Assembly (NCBI GenBank): GCA_965222225.1
Contig: CBDCTK010000002.1
Span: 2,560,001 to 2,624,000, forward strand
Length of the DNA: 64,000 bases
Origin: Candidatus Poribacteria bacterium
GTDB lineage: Bacteria > Poribacteria > WGA-4E > JAJDTR01
Direction of reading: 5' to 3'
Below are positions 30,515-44,115 of the stretch, in pieces (position 1 is the stretch's first letter; each line of letters starts with the position of its first letter). A program made the translations under genes and the position numbers. The notes below the pieces were generated by a model. It ran no database searches and was not told the origin of the DNA. It saw only the letters and a program-made list of their open reading frames with translations.

Positions 30515-31447
30515 CTACTGCGATATTGCCAATAGCACCGCTCCGTAAGCGGGTTCGCGCTTGGGGAGGCAGACACGCGCATCCGGCGCGAGATTCTGAA
30601 GACGGTTGCGCAACGACGCGACGAAGGTCGGCTGATGCGTGAAAATCCCGCCACTGAGCACCAGATTAAACGGCTGACCAAATCCCAGCTTTTCTATCAC
30701 AACGCGAGCGGCGAGCGTCAGTTCATCGGCAGCTTCATCAAGAATCTGTCCCGCGACGGGATCGTTCGCAGCCGCGGCGTCGAACACCACCCCCGCGAGC
30801 TGCGCCACCTTGTCTTTACTGACGGAATGGATCCAGGGGATGAGATTTCTAGGTTGCGAAAATCCAAGCGCATCAAGCATCAGAGAGGAGAGAGGTGTGG
30901 GAACCCCGCGTCCGTCAGCGGCGCGTGCGACGGCTTGAAGTGCACGCCGGGCGATGTCGTAGCCGCTGCCCTCGTCGCCGAGAAGATGCCCCCAGCCGCC
31001 GGCTTGCGCTTCATGCCCCGCGGCGTCTATCCCGTACACAATGGATCCGGTGCCAGCGATAATGATGACGCCCGACAACTCTTCCGCACCTCCGACGAGT
31101 GCAATCTGCGCGTCGTGCGTGAGAATACGGTTCTCGGGGATCCCGATTTCGTCGCAGATTCGTCCAATAACCTTTTTATCCGCCGAGGACGAGACCCCCG
31201 CAAGCCCCAAGCAGTACGCGCACGACTCCAACGCAGCGTTTGCATCCGCTATCAACCGTGAGACGACATCAGAAAGAACCTGTTTCGTTTGCTCCTCTCC
31301 GACGGCATGATAGTTTGATGCACCGGACTCCGCCTTGGCGATTATGTGCCCGGCTTGGTCGGCAAGCAATCCGGTCGTTGTTGTGCCACCGCCATCAATG
31401 CCGATAAAGAATCCCGGATGAGAAGGGGACTGAAGGTTGTTAGTCAA
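30515..31447 (-). CDS. BadF/BadG/BcrA/BcrD-type sugar kinase (GlcNAc/MurNAc kinase-like)
   Basis: GIDGGGT, HDAQIAL, IAGTGS, GGWGHLLGDEGSG; near murQ. Confidence 0.88.
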   Translation of the reverse strand: MTNNLQSPSHPGFFIGIDGGGTTTTGLLADQAGHIIAKAESGASNYHAVGEEQTKQVLSDVVSRLIADANAALESCAYCLGLAGVSSSADKKVIGRICDEIGIPENRILTHDAQIALVGGAEELSGVIIIAGTGSIVYGIDAAGHEAQAGGWGHLLGDEGSGYDIARRALQAVARAADGRGVPTPLSSLMLDALGFSQPRNLIPWIHSVSKDKVAQLAGVVFDAAAANDPVAGQILDEAADELTLAARVVIEKLGFGQPFNLVLSGGIFTHQPTFVASLRNRLQNLAPDARVCLPKREPAYGAVLLAISQ

Positions 31448-31504
31448 AGTCTGTGCTCTTTTGGAGTGTCCTCAACGCCTTAGGACGAACGACGACATAT
31501 TTTT

Positions 31505-32332
31505 TTAGTACGGGACATCCCCTCCGTAAGGTATCATATTAATCGGATGCCATGACGCTTGGTTCATGTGACGCAATAGTAGCATGAGGAATAATGACCA
31601 CGGTTCCTTAGCCCGATAACTACACAAATTGCTCCCATGTCTAGGAAGCAAGTCTACAGATTTATTTGGAGGTATGCCGTTTATCAATTCGCCTGCGACA
31701 TTGAGTAGTATGTTACGACCGCCGGTTGCTTCTAATGCGATTATCGTATCAACTCTCTTATGTACGGGCAGTTTCTTGCCAACTACTATTTCGTTAAATT
31801 TGGATTGCAGGCTTTTGCCTTCAACACTTTTTACGGCGATACAGAAAAAAATTGACTGCCAGTGATGGTGGTCACATCCAAATAGAGAAAATTTTGTCAT
31901 TTTTGGGCCAGGTTGTTCAATATAGGCTTGCCTACATAGTTTTTTGTAACTCAAGCATTTCTCGAAGCTATCTACGAGTTCGGATGCATTTAGCGTAGTT
32001 TTGATCTCTCCGCATGCGTATGTAGCTTCGACCGGAAACATTTGAGCACCGTCGCTTGCAAAGATGCGCGGCGTGTTAAGCTTGTCATATAGTATAATGT
32101 CCATCTGCCTAGAGACGTTGCCGATGGAGTCAACCACGAAACCTTGCGACACGCCGATTTTTGCTGGCAAGACCTCCTCTAGTTGAGATCGAAATTGCCG
32201 TTCGATAAGTGCACCAATCTCGGCTGAATGGGGAATTGAATCACGAATTTGCTCAATGGATGCCGAGAGTTTGTTCTGTGCAGAAGACAATACTTTGCGA
32301 TATATTGCAGTGTTCTCAGAATTATTACTCAT
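31505..32332 (-). CDS. DUF6602-like putative PD-(D/E)xK nuclease
   Basis: H..EIG...E...LP.KIGV..GFVVDS.G..S.QMDIILYD...P...FPVE...GEIK; low GC. Confidence 0.7.
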   Translation of the reverse strand: MSNNSENTAIYRKVLSSAQNKLSASIEQIRDSIPHSAEIGALIERQFRSQLEEVLPAKIGVSQGFVVDSIGNVSRQMDIILYDKLNTPRIFASDGAQMFPVEATYACGEIKTTLNASELVDSFEKCLSYKKLCRQAYIEQPGPKMTKFSLFGCDHHHWQSIFFCIAVKSVEGKSLQSKFNEIVVGKKLPVHKRVDTIIALEATGGRNILLNVAGELINGIPPNKSVDLLPRHGSNLCSYRAKEPWSLFLMLLLRHMNQASWHPINMIPYGGDVPY

Positions 32333-32356
32333 CTGAGGTTCCCATCTCCTGTAGAT

Positions 32357-32459
32357 TGTACCCGGTTTGGTCGACGAGTAATCCAACCGTCTTTGTGCCA
32401 CCGCCATCAATGACGATAAAGAATCCTTGACGAGAAGAGGACGGAAGGTTACTGGTCAA
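32357..32459 (-). pseudogene. Diverged duplicate of the sugar-kinase 5' end
   Basis: MTSNLPSSSRQGFFIVIDGGGTKTVGLLVDQTG vs MTNNLQSPSHPGFFIGIDGGGTTTTGLLADQAG. Confidence 0.8.
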
Positions 32460-32621
32460 ATTCCATGCCTTGGAACAGTTTCACGCGCCTTGGCGTTGGT
32501 CAATTTCGGAAAGATCTCGTTTGGTTATCAGTTGCCCGCAAGTGTAGAAAAGTTGCGGACGGTTGTCAATTTACGGTATTCAAAGGGTAATGACTCTTCC
32601 CGAAATGAATTTTCAAACAGG

Positions 32622-33230
32622 TTATTTTCCGTTCTGTTTCGCAATTTTACGTATGTCAGGATTGGTATACATCTGCTGCGCTGCGTCATCTCCAAGATTA
32701 TGGATTGCGGCTTTGACAGACTTGACGAGTGCTCTCTTTTCCGGGGTAAACAGAATCCCTATACTCTCGGCTGTGCCTGAACCCGACGCCTTAACAGAGG
32801 TAACTTGCTTCATATCGTGATTGTAAAAGGTGAGTTTAACAGATAGGGAGTGATCCGATTCTCCGCGATACCACATCTTGTCGCTCTGATAGCCAAATGA
32901 ACCCCCGGTGCCCCTAACTTCTGCGATAACAACAAGATCTAGCTGCTTATCATCCATCATCCGCTGAGTCGGATATGATTTTAGTACGTGGACAGAAGCG
33001 AACACCCGCCGAAGCGCCCTAGTCATCGTTGATTCAAGAGCTTTGTCCAATACCCGCAATTCGCCTTCTTTTATACCCCTACTATGGCTATGAAGCCTTG
33101 CCGATAGCTCACCGTCTTCCGTAACGAACAGACCGACGCGCAAACCGATGGGTTTTGTGCTGTCACCACATCCTGCGAGGGCAAAGGCGAGGATAACGGA
33201 TGAGATGCTGCGACGAAGATTAAATCCCAT
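32622..33230 (-). CDS. Putative lipoprotein
   Basis: Lipobox LAGC after a hydrophobic signal. Confidence 0.65.
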   Translation of the reverse strand: MGFNLRRSISSVILAFALAGCGDSTKPIGLRVGLFVTEDGELSARLHSHSRGIKEGELRVLDKALESTMTRALRRVFASVHVLKSYPTQRMMDDKQLDLVVIAEVRGTGGSFGYQSDKMWYRGESDHSLSVKLTFYNHDMKQVTSVKASGSGTAESIGILFTPEKRALVKSVKAAIHNLGDDAAQQMYTNPDIRKIAKQNGK

Positions 33231-33627
33231 CTTTCTGCCTTTGGAACGCTACGTAGGGGCAATTTAGAAGCTATACACTTGTAAAGAAAAGATCTCATCT
33301 TCGATGTGGCGATCGAAGATTGCCGCCGGCGCTCAGCGATGGCCAAAAAAGAAAATACGCTTACGCCTCTAGCACCAGACGTGCGAAAGGTGCGACATGT
33401 CGCGGCTGTGTCACGGAAGACACCGCAAAACCAAAGGCTGGTGGGCGGGGGATCTCTATCGCAGTCGCTATTCACTCCTTTGATCCCACCCTACAAGAAG
33501 CTACTTGCACAATGCCGTAGAGAGAAGCAAAAGGCGAAGAAACCGATCAAGGAAGCGGATAGCGACCGCGATAGAGACCCCTTTTGAGGAAAAAACTCGG
33601 TTTCTGTGATGGTGGGCGGCGTCCACG

Positions 33628-34599
33628 CTACGCAGGAGTGACTGCCAAGACGCGAACTTCGCCGAATTCGTGGTCGAGCTTGCTCCAGGAGTCTCCGTCG
33701 TCCGTGCTGCGGAAAAGCTGTCCGCTCACGCTGCAAGCCATTATCCAGCCGCTCACCGCGGGGTTGTTCGCAAAGCACCAGATGGTGCTGTTCGCGGTCA
33801 TCCCGATGTCAGCCCGCTGCCACGACTTGCCGAGGTCGCGCGTATAGAAGATTCCGCCTTCGTTGCCGGGAGGCCCATTGCCCGCGCCGACAAACACGCG
33901 CTCGGCGTCGCCGTTCAGGTATAACGCCGCTCGGCAGTAGGGCCAGGGATAGTGGTCTTTGACGCTGAGCGGCGTCCAATTCGTCATATCCGTCGTGATG
34001 CACATGTCGTTGTTCGTGGCGGCAACGAGTGTTTTGGGATTGCCGGGGACGACGGTAAGCCCGTGAATGTCGAGGCTGCTAAGCCCTTCACTTCCCGCAG
34101 TCCACGTCTCGCCGCCATCGGTGCTCCGACGCATACCGTCAATCTCGATTCCGGCGTATATCGTCTGGTCGTCGATCGGGTCGATGATTAATGAGGTTAT
34201 TCGCGGAATGATTGGCACGCCCGGGCACTCGTCGGCAAGCTCCGCATCAAGTTGCTTCCACGTTTCCCCGCGATCGGTTGATTTGAAGATGGCGGAGGGG
34301 CATGTGCCCGCATAGATTGTGTCGGTGTTATTCGGATTGATTGCAATCGCCCACACCTGCATCTTATCCATTGGCGATTCGAGGGAGTGCCACTTATCTC
34401 CACCGTCTGTACTGCGGCAAACTCCTGCTTCCGTGCCCGCGAAGAGGAGGGAGGGATTGTCGGGAGACGCGGCTATTGCCCGAATGTGAGCCTCCGGGAA
34501 CATGCCCTCGCTGGCGCGATTCCAAGAATCGCCGCCGTCTTTGCTGCGCCAGACGCTCTGGCCTACTGTTCCCGCATAGATGGTTGGTGTATTTGCCAT
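33628..34599 (-). CDS. BNR/Asp-box repeat beta-propeller protein
   Basis: Repeated S.D.G.TW motifs. Confidence 0.82.
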   Translation of the reverse strand: MANTPTIYAGTVGQSVWRSKDGGDSWNRASEGMFPEAHIRAIAASPDNPSLLFAGTEAGVCRSTDGGDKWHSLESPMDKMQVWAIAINPNNTDTIYAGTCPSAIFKSTDRGETWKQLDAELADECPGVPIIPRITSLIIDPIDDQTIYAGIEIDGMRRSTDGGETWTAGSEGLSSLDIHGLTVVPGNPKTLVAATNNDMCITTDMTNWTPLSVKDHYPWPYCRAALYLNGDAERVFVGAGNGPPGNEGGIFYTRDLGKSWQRADIGMTANSTIWCFANNPAVSGWIMACSVSGQLFRSTDDGDSWSKLDHEFGEVRVLAVTPA

Positions 34600-34747
34600 G
34601 ATTTACCTCCGTAATTCAGTGATCAGTGGCTAGTGGTTAGTGAAACAATTGCCGTGTTCAGTCATTGACCATTAGTCACTGTAGTTTGCCAAGAACGTAT
34701 GGAACGCAGATCTGCGTTCCATACAATAACCCTCCACTCACATCTTG

Positions 34748-36511
34748 TCACTCTGTTAGCTTTCCTTCACCAACTACTGTATCGAAAAATTGGATTTGCC
34801 ATTCAACATCACGAGGCTCAATCTCAACGCTCAAATAGATTGGGTAGGTGTAGATTGCGCCGTCTTGCACGGGCGTCATCGGCTCACCGGACACAATTAC
34901 CGTTTTCCCCGCGTACACTGTGATGAGGGGCGTATTGACACCGACGAGGCTACTGGGGATCGCAATTATGTCCCAATACCTAGAGTGTACCGGATTCGGC
35001 AACACCGACGCATCGAAGGTGACTTCAGCCCCCAATTTCGCGTGATATTCGTAAGTTGACGGTTCTTCGGAAAAAGGGGCGCTGCGAGGCTGGACACTGG
35101 GGATCATAGTGATTTCATGAACGCTCAATCCAAAGTTGGGGTTAATCATACTCGCTTTGCCGTTCGCAGTCAACGGTACATCGAGCACCTGACTAGGCTG
35201 TCCGTCTTGAAACTCGATAGCCTTCAGGTCGTAGATTCGACTGCCGTCGATAATGCCCCCTCTCGCAAGCGGAGACTGAATCTCGAAAACGACGTTCAGC
35301 CCCTGCCATCCGCCACTTGATAGCAGGGTAATATAGTCGGCAGCATAATTGACCAATACATCACCTTTAGCCATAATCGGGTATGAACGGTGCGTTCGCC
35401 GTGGTCGGAGCGTTAGGTCTTCATTCCGATATCCGTACTGCCCCCCCGCAAAGTGGGTGTCGTCCAGAAAGTTTGCCACCTTCCAGTCGGCAAAAATGGA
35501 TGAGAAGGTGCGGGTTAGACCTTGTGACAGCAGCGCGCTGTTTACGCCGGCAATCCCATCCGCTCGCTCTCTCACTATCGCGGCGATTGTCTCCTGACCG
35601 CCGTGCTGTTCGTAAAGATACAGCATCCAGAGGTAGGCTGCGCCGTATTGAGCGAGACGACTTCGGCTGCCGAGCGGCCAGTTGGTCAACGATACCGAAG
35701 GGTTCCTTTCGTAGCTCGTTGTATGCTTTTCGGGACGATAGCCACAGAGGAACATGGCGATATCGGCACATCCCTCATTGACCCATATCACCTCGTTGCG
35801 GTCGTGGCGCCAATGGATTAAGTGATGGAATTCGTGAGCGATTACGCCGAGCCCTTCGGCGCCGCCCGTGTCGAGAGGATGGGTGTCAATGTAAAGCAGG
35901 TCGCGCTCGTTGCTGCGAATCGGTGCTCCAAATTCCGGATGCCGCAATACCCCGCGTTGTTGATCGATGGGGTTAAAATACCCGGCTATAAACCCGTCGC
36001 CCCTCACCGCTGCGTCACGAATGTCGAGCAGGAGTAGATAGATTTTTGCGTCTCCGTCAACGTCCGGAGGTGCACCAAAGAGACCCGTCTGTATCCGGTA
36101 TATCCCGCGCTGCGGGTCGGCTGGAGTCGAGTCGTCGAAGGCGCGGCGCACCGTTTCGAGTGTTTCATGTTCCACGGTGTGTTCCCATTGAGAATCCTCG
36201 ACATACAGGTAGCAGAACTCACCGATTGCCCGCAATGTCGCCGATACAATATACTGCTCTTGGGTTCGCACATCAACGGAGAAGAAGGAATGGCGGTCTC
36301 CGAGCGCGGGGGGCGCCAGTTGCGCGGGGGCGGCAGGTGAGTCAGGTGCCGCCATCAGGGAGGGAAATTGATCGAAAAGGTAGGGGGTGCCGTCAATCCA
36401 AGCATCTGCCACGGAGTGAACACTCACGAGGGCAAGGATGACGAGAATGCACCGAATTCGGTGTGGGCGGCGAACGGAAGAGAAAGGAGAGTTGAGTCTG
36501 TTTTTGTTCAT
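34748..36511 (-). CDS. Secreted zincin metallopeptidase (M30/M6-like)
   Basis: AHEFHHLIH...WVNEG; signal peptide. Confidence 0.75.
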   Translation of the reverse strand: MNKNRLNSPFSSVRRPHRIRCILVILALVSVHSVADAWIDGTPYLFDQFPSLMAAPDSPAAPAQLAPPALGDRHSFFSVDVRTQEQYIVSATLRAIGEFCYLYVEDSQWEHTVEHETLETVRRAFDDSTPADPQRGIYRIQTGLFGAPPDVDGDAKIYLLLLDIRDAAVRGDGFIAGYFNPIDQQRGVLRHPEFGAPIRSNERDLLYIDTHPLDTGGAEGLGVIAHEFHHLIHWRHDRNEVIWVNEGCADIAMFLCGYRPEKHTTSYERNPSVSLTNWPLGSRSRLAQYGAAYLWMLYLYEQHGGQETIAAIVRERADGIAGVNSALLSQGLTRTFSSIFADWKVANFLDDTHFAGGQYGYRNEDLTLRPRRTHRSYPIMAKGDVLVNYAADYITLLSSGGWQGLNVVFEIQSPLARGGIIDGSRIYDLKAIEFQDGQPSQVLDVPLTANGKASMINPNFGLSVHEITMIPSVQPRSAPFSEEPSTYEYHAKLGAEVTFDASVLPNPVHSRYWDIIAIPSSLVGVNTPLITVYAGKTVIVSGEPMTPVQDGAIYTYPIYLSVEIEPRDVEWQIQFFDTVVGEGKLTE

Positions 36512-36671
36512 CACTAGCCACACACCCCGCAAATAGAAGAACCCACACGGTGGCAACGAAGATGAACGCGGAGAATCAGGGTAGGAACCATTTCTCGATC
36601 ACGACTTCTTGCAACATGTGTTCGCAAGATGATGTGAGAAACCGAGAGTTGCGGAAAACGCCCTATTCCGT

Positions 36672-38402
36672 TTAGTCGCCAATCTCTGTTTTTAACTTCT
36701 CTCGGATGGCGGTATTGTTTGGCTCCAGTTGAATGGCTCTTTGCCACGCGGCAATCGCTTTGTCTTTTAGCCCCTTTTTCATGTAGGCATCGCCCAAATG
36801 GTGCTGAATTTCGGCGCTTTTGGGCATAAGGTGGATTGCCATTTCCAGTTGTTGCAAGGCTTCATCCAGTTTCCCCTGTTTGAAGTATGTCCAGCCGAGA
36901 CTGTCAATATAACCGGCTTGCTCGGGCGATTGCTTCAATGCCTTCTTTATAAGGTCAACGGCTTCATCCAGATTTGTACCGTTCTCGGCGAAGAAATATC
37001 CCAAAGCGTTAAGCGCGTCCGTGTACTCCGGATTAACCGAGATGGCTTTTCTCAAGTAAAACTCGGTTTTTTGGAGATTACCAAGCTCTTCATAGGCAAG
37101 CCCTGTCCAATAGATTGCTTCCACATTCTCGGGGTCATCTCTTAGAACATTTTGTAAGATGTCTATCGCCTCTTCATACTTCTCAAGAGCGAAATAATGT
37201 CTCACCACATGACCGGGTTCAAGGGCAGCGGCTTTTTTGAGATAGGGGTATGCTCTTTCCAAATCACCCTGTTCCTGATGGGCGATTCCGAGCCAGTAAT
37301 TTGCATCCACATTGTCAGGATACTCAAGAACTACCTGCCGCAACATCTCAATTCCATCCTCCTCGCCGCCAAGCTCGACACATAGGCTGCCTAGACGCGC
37401 ACGCAAGTGCGGGAGCAGCGCGTCATAACGAGAAAGGTTCTCGGGTTTATCAACGCGCCGCAGTTCTTGGTAAGCAACAATCGCCTTCTCAAGGCTACCT
37501 TTCGCGGACTCCAACTGCTCGGGAGGCACCTCCGGTTGATTCATAATCTGTTCGAATCGCTCAACGTATAATTTCCCCAACGCATTATGACCCTTTGATA
37601 GATTCCGATCGATTTTCACCGCCCGCTCGTAGGCGGCAATGGCTTCCTCTCTTCGGTCCGATTCATCGTATAGCTCCGCAAGATCGAGATGGAACCGGGC
37701 GTGGTAGGGCATAATTCGCGTCAACTCTTTGAACGAATTAATCGCCAGCTTGTAGTCTTTTCTAAACTTCGCTATCATCGCCAGATGACGGTGCGCCTCC
37801 ACATGATCGGGTTGCAATTCGGTGACCTCCCGGAACTCGGCTATCATCTTCGTCCATATCTTCTCATCCCGAGAACGCGTTGAGCGGCGTCTTTGCTGGA
37901 GGCGCTGGAAAAGAATCTCTCCAAGCAAAAAATGGGGGGCAGCTTTGTCTGGCTGAAGTTCAATGGCTCGGCGGCATTCCGTCTCTGCGCTCTTAATATC
38001 TTGCATTGCGCGACTGAGCCGGGCTAATTGTGTATGGACAAATGCGGAGGGTTCATAATTTTCAAGGAGGCGGAGGTAGATCTCCTTCGCATCGGAAAGC
38101 CGCCGCATGGTGTGGAGATAGGTCGCCCAAGCAAGTTGCGTGTAGACCCGTTTGGCATTCTCATATTCTGGGCTTAAAGACAGGGGAGAATATTCCACAG
38201 AGTTTTGTGTGTCAAGACTTCCCGATTCGTCCGACACCAGCGGCTTTTCGGTGGATACCGCTTCCTCCGCAGCCACCATCGTCACCGTGCAGTTAAGGAA
38301 AATGGCAATGGCAAAGAGTGGTATTGATGCAAGACGACGCATGGAAGCCCGGTGGCTTGTGGCGCTAGACTTGTGGTTAGTTGAAGTTTCTTGACTGGTC
38401 AT
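36672..38402 (-). CDS. Tetratricopeptide repeat protein
   Basis: Multiple TPRs; ALNALGY...DSLGWTYFKQG...HLGDAY. Confidence 0.88.
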   Translation of the reverse strand: MTSQETSTNHKSSATSHRASMRRLASIPLFAIAIFLNCTVTMVAAEEAVSTEKPLVSDESGSLDTQNSVEYSPLSLSPEYENAKRVYTQLAWATYLHTMRRLSDAKEIYLRLLENYEPSAFVHTQLARLSRAMQDIKSAETECRRAIELQPDKAAPHFLLGEILFQRLQQRRRSTRSRDEKIWTKMIAEFREVTELQPDHVEAHRHLAMIAKFRKDYKLAINSFKELTRIMPYHARFHLDLAELYDESDRREEAIAAYERAVKIDRNLSKGHNALGKLYVERFEQIMNQPEVPPEQLESAKGSLEKAIVAYQELRRVDKPENLSRYDALLPHLRARLGSLCVELGGEEDGIEMLRQVVLEYPDNVDANYWLGIAHQEQGDLERAYPYLKKAAALEPGHVVRHYFALEKYEEAIDILQNVLRDDPENVEAIYWTGLAYEELGNLQKTEFYLRKAISVNPEYTDALNALGYFFAENGTNLDEAVDLIKKALKQSPEQAGYIDSLGWTYFKQGKLDEALQQLEMAIHLMPKSAEIQHHLGDAYMKKGLKDKAIAAWQRAIQLEPNNTAIREKLKTEIGD

Positions 38403-38542
38403 AGGACATTCAGAAGAATAGGTCGCACAATCTTGATTGTTCCTTAAGATTGTGCAAGAAAGAGACCGAGTTTTCAAGAAAAAACTCGGTTTAGGTGCAA
38501 TGATTCTAAATTGCCATATCGGACGCGCAATGAATTGCGCTA

Positions 38543-41023
38543 CTACGAACTGTCAGCCTCGGTCTCTCCATTTTCACCGTTTTCGGGGAGACTTGTTTCG
38601 AAAATCTTTCCGACATCAACGACGTTCTCGTCGGCACGCAGCGACATTAGACGGACGCCCTGGGTATTCCGTCCAATGACACGAATGTCGTTGACTGCCA
38701 TTCGAGTTATCATACCCTTGGAACTAATGATAATCAACTCATCGCCTTCCGAGACCGGCTTGGCATCAACAACAAGTCCATTGCGGGAGCTCGTCTTGAT
38801 AGCGATAACCCCTTTTCCGCCACGTGATTGGTATCGATACTCCTTTACGGCGGTTCGTTTGCCGTAGCCGTTGGCTGTCACGACAAGCAGGGATGTGTTC
38901 TCATCGGGGGAAACCACCATTCCGACAACGGCGTCGTCTTCACCAATCCGAATGCCGCGCACTCCCCGTGCGGTGCGTCCCATGCAACGAACCTCGGTCT
39001 CATTAAAGTGAACCGACATGCCTTGCCGCGTCACCAAGATGATATGGTCGTTTTCCTCTGCTAATCGGACGCCAATTAGCTGATCGTCTTCATCAAGGTT
39101 AATGGCGATAATGCCGGCAGAGTACGGCTTACGGAAATCAGAGAGCTTGCATTTCTTGACGATTCCCCTTCGGGTTGTCATGAAAAGGCAGCGGTTATCA
39201 TTAAACTGGCGAACAGTAACAAAGGCGGTCGTTTTTTCGCCTTCCTGCAACCTTAAGAGGTTCACCACGGCTCGTCCAGCAGCGGTGCGTCCGCCTTCGG
39301 GAATCTCGAATACCTTTAGCCAATAGCATTTCCCTCGATCCGAAAAGAATAGGATGTATTGATGTGCGGAGGCAACGAAGGTATATTCCAAGAAATCGCC
39401 GTCTTTGGTCCCCATGCCTATCACCCCAACGCCGCCGCGATTTTGTCGGCTGTAGGTTGAAATTGGCATCCGCTTGATGTAACCGGCGTGGGAAATTGTT
39501 ACGACCATCTCTTCGTCGGCAATCAGGTCTTCAATGTCGAAACTTCCGACTTCGTTGATAATCTCGGTGCGGCGTTCGTCACCGTAGTCCTTTTTGAGTT
39601 CTAACAGTTCATTATTGATGATGTCGGTCAGGAGGGCTTCGCTCGCTAAAATGGCACGCAACTCTTCAATCCGCTCCAGCACGTTTGCGTACTCATCGTT
39701 TATTTTCTGACGCTCAAGACCGGTAAGTTGGCGAAGCGTCATGGTCAAGATTTCGCTGGCTTGAATCTCTGACAGCTCGTAACTTGCCATCAAGCCTTCT
39801 TGGGCTTCTTGAGGAGACTCGGCGTTTTGGACAATTTCAATAACCTCTTCGAGATTGTTCAAGGCGATGCGGTAGCCTTCAAGCACGTGCGCCCGCGCTA
39901 CGCTACGGTCCAAATCGAACTGCGTCCGGCGACGAACGACCTCCCGGCGGTGGTTAAGGTAATGTACTAGGATTGATTTAAGCGGAAGCACTCGTGGCAA
40001 ACCGTTGACGAGGCACAACATAATCGCCCCGTAGTTGGTCTGCATCTGCGTATGCTTGTAGAGTTGGTTCAGCACCACCTGTGCAATAACGCCGCGCTTG
40101 AGCTCGATCACCACCCGAATCTCCCTGTCGGATTCATCCCGAATATCGGAAATCCCGGTTATGGTCTTGTCGGTAACCAGATGAAACATCTTGGAAAGCA
40201 GCTGATCTTTTTTCACCTGATACGGGACTTCCGTAACGATGATTTGTTCTTTCCCGGCGGGTGTCTGCTCAATGATTGCCCTTGCCCGCACCGTAATACT
40301 TCCCTTTCCGGTGGCGTACATGTCCCTGATGCCGGATCTGCCGACGATAATACCTGCGGTAGGAAAGTCGGGACCCGGCATGTGCCGCATAAGTTCAGCC
40401 AGCGTCACCTGCGGGTTATCAAGCATTGCGATAAGCACATCAACCACCTCACCCAGATTGTGCGGCGGGATTCGCGTCAGATATCCGACGCCGATGCCGG
40501 TCGTGCCGTTGATGAGGAGGTTAGGCAGCAGCGCGGGAAGTACCGTCGGCTCATTCGTCGATTCCTTGTAGTTCGGCTGAAAATCGACAGTGTTTTTGTG
40601 GATATCCACCAACATATTGTCGGCGATCGAAGCGAGGCGGCACTCCGTATAACGCATCGCCCCCGCCGGATCGCTGTCGATGGAGCCAAAATTCCCTTGC
40701 CCATCAATAAGTGGATAGCGGATCGTAAATTCCTGTGTCAATCCCACAAGGGTATCGTAGATGGGCTCGTTTCCGTGCGGGTGGAAGTTCTTCATGACCT
40801 CGCCAACGACGGCAGCGCATTTGTCGTAGGAGCGGTTTGAGGTGAGGTTAATCTCCCCCATGGCGTAGAGAATCCGCCGTGTGCTAGGCTTCAGCCCGTC
40901 ACGCACGTCCGGGATCGCGCGATTCGTGTTGACACTCATCGCGTAGGTCAGATACGACTCTTTTAATTCATCTTCAATGTATCTGGTGACGATGTTTTGA
41001 GTTACGTTTCTCTCTGTTTGCAC
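38543..41023 (-). CDS. gyrA: DNA gyrase subunit A
   Basis: RAIPDVRDGLKP, AMRYTE, GyrA box QNRGGVG; start set at GTG 41023. Confidence 0.96.
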   Translation of the reverse strand: MQTERNVTQNIVTRYIEDELKESYLTYAMSVNTNRAIPDVRDGLKPSTRRILYAMGEINLTSNRSYDKCAAVVGEVMKNFHPHGNEPIYDTLVGLTQEFTIRYPLIDGQGNFGSIDSDPAGAMRYTECRLASIADNMLVDIHKNTVDFQPNYKESTNEPTVLPALLPNLLINGTTGIGVGYLTRIPPHNLGEVVDVLIAMLDNPQVTLAELMRHMPGPDFPTAGIIVGRSGIRDMYATGKGSITVRARAIIEQTPAGKEQIIVTEVPYQVKKDQLLSKMFHLVTDKTITGISDIRDESDREIRVVIELKRGVIAQVVLNQLYKHTQMQTNYGAIMLCLVNGLPRVLPLKSILVHYLNHRREVVRRRTQFDLDRSVARAHVLEGYRIALNNLEEVIEIVQNAESPQEAQEGLMASYELSEIQASEILTMTLRQLTGLERQKINDEYANVLERIEELRAILASEALLTDIINNELLELKKDYGDERRTEIINEVGSFDIEDLIADEEMVVTISHAGYIKRMPISTYSRQNRGGVGVIGMGTKDGDFLEYTFVASAHQYILFFSDRGKCYWLKVFEIPEGGRTAAGRAVVNLLRLQEGEKTTAFVTVRQFNDNRCLFMTTRRGIVKKCKLSDFRKPYSAGIIAINLDEDDQLIGVRLAEENDHIILVTRQGMSVHFNETEVRCMGRTARGVRGIRIGEDDAVVGMVVSPDENTSLLVVTANGYGKRTAVKEYRYQSRGGKGVIAIKTSSRNGLVVDAKPVSEGDELIIISSKGMITRMAVNDIRVIGRNTQGVRLMSLRADENVVDVGKIFETSLPENGENGETEADSS

Positions 41024-41628
41024 GCTTTGCCTCAAAAAACAGCAGTCGGTAGAGGGCATCCGCAAGGGATGTCCCTATAGGCAAGTTTCAATATTAAGGT
41101 TATCTTCTGTAACGTCTGCGAAAAATAAGAGAGAGTATTCGCACACAGATGGATTTGATATATTTCGCCTCCCCCGTAGGAGCGATCTCCCGGTCGCTAC
41201 CTGTCTGCGATCGGAGTCGTGATTTGGAGATCGCTCCTACAGTTGCAAGAGAAGAGCACAAATCAATCCATAGGTTAACACTCTCAAATAAGATTGGAAA
41301 GATGGAGAATCCTTTTCCACGCCACCTTTAACAGGTTGTTTCTCTAGTGCAACTTGGCGGAGGGTTTCACTGTGTTCAACCCAACCTACAGGTTAGATAA
41401 AGACCTGCTGGATTTGCCAATGCAGCAGGAGCGATCAAGCGAGTGCGATAGAAATCTCATCCCGGTCGCGACCGTCTCATGTCCAAGTTCACCTGATGCG
41501 CATATTGCTCATGGAATCTCTATCGCCCTCATTGTTCACTCGGTCGACCCTACAATAAACCGAACAGGTGCAGAAACCGAGTTTTCAGGAAAAAACTCGG
41601 TTTCGTCGGCACAATTGTACGACTACGA

Positions 41629-44115
<2,487 letters not shown>

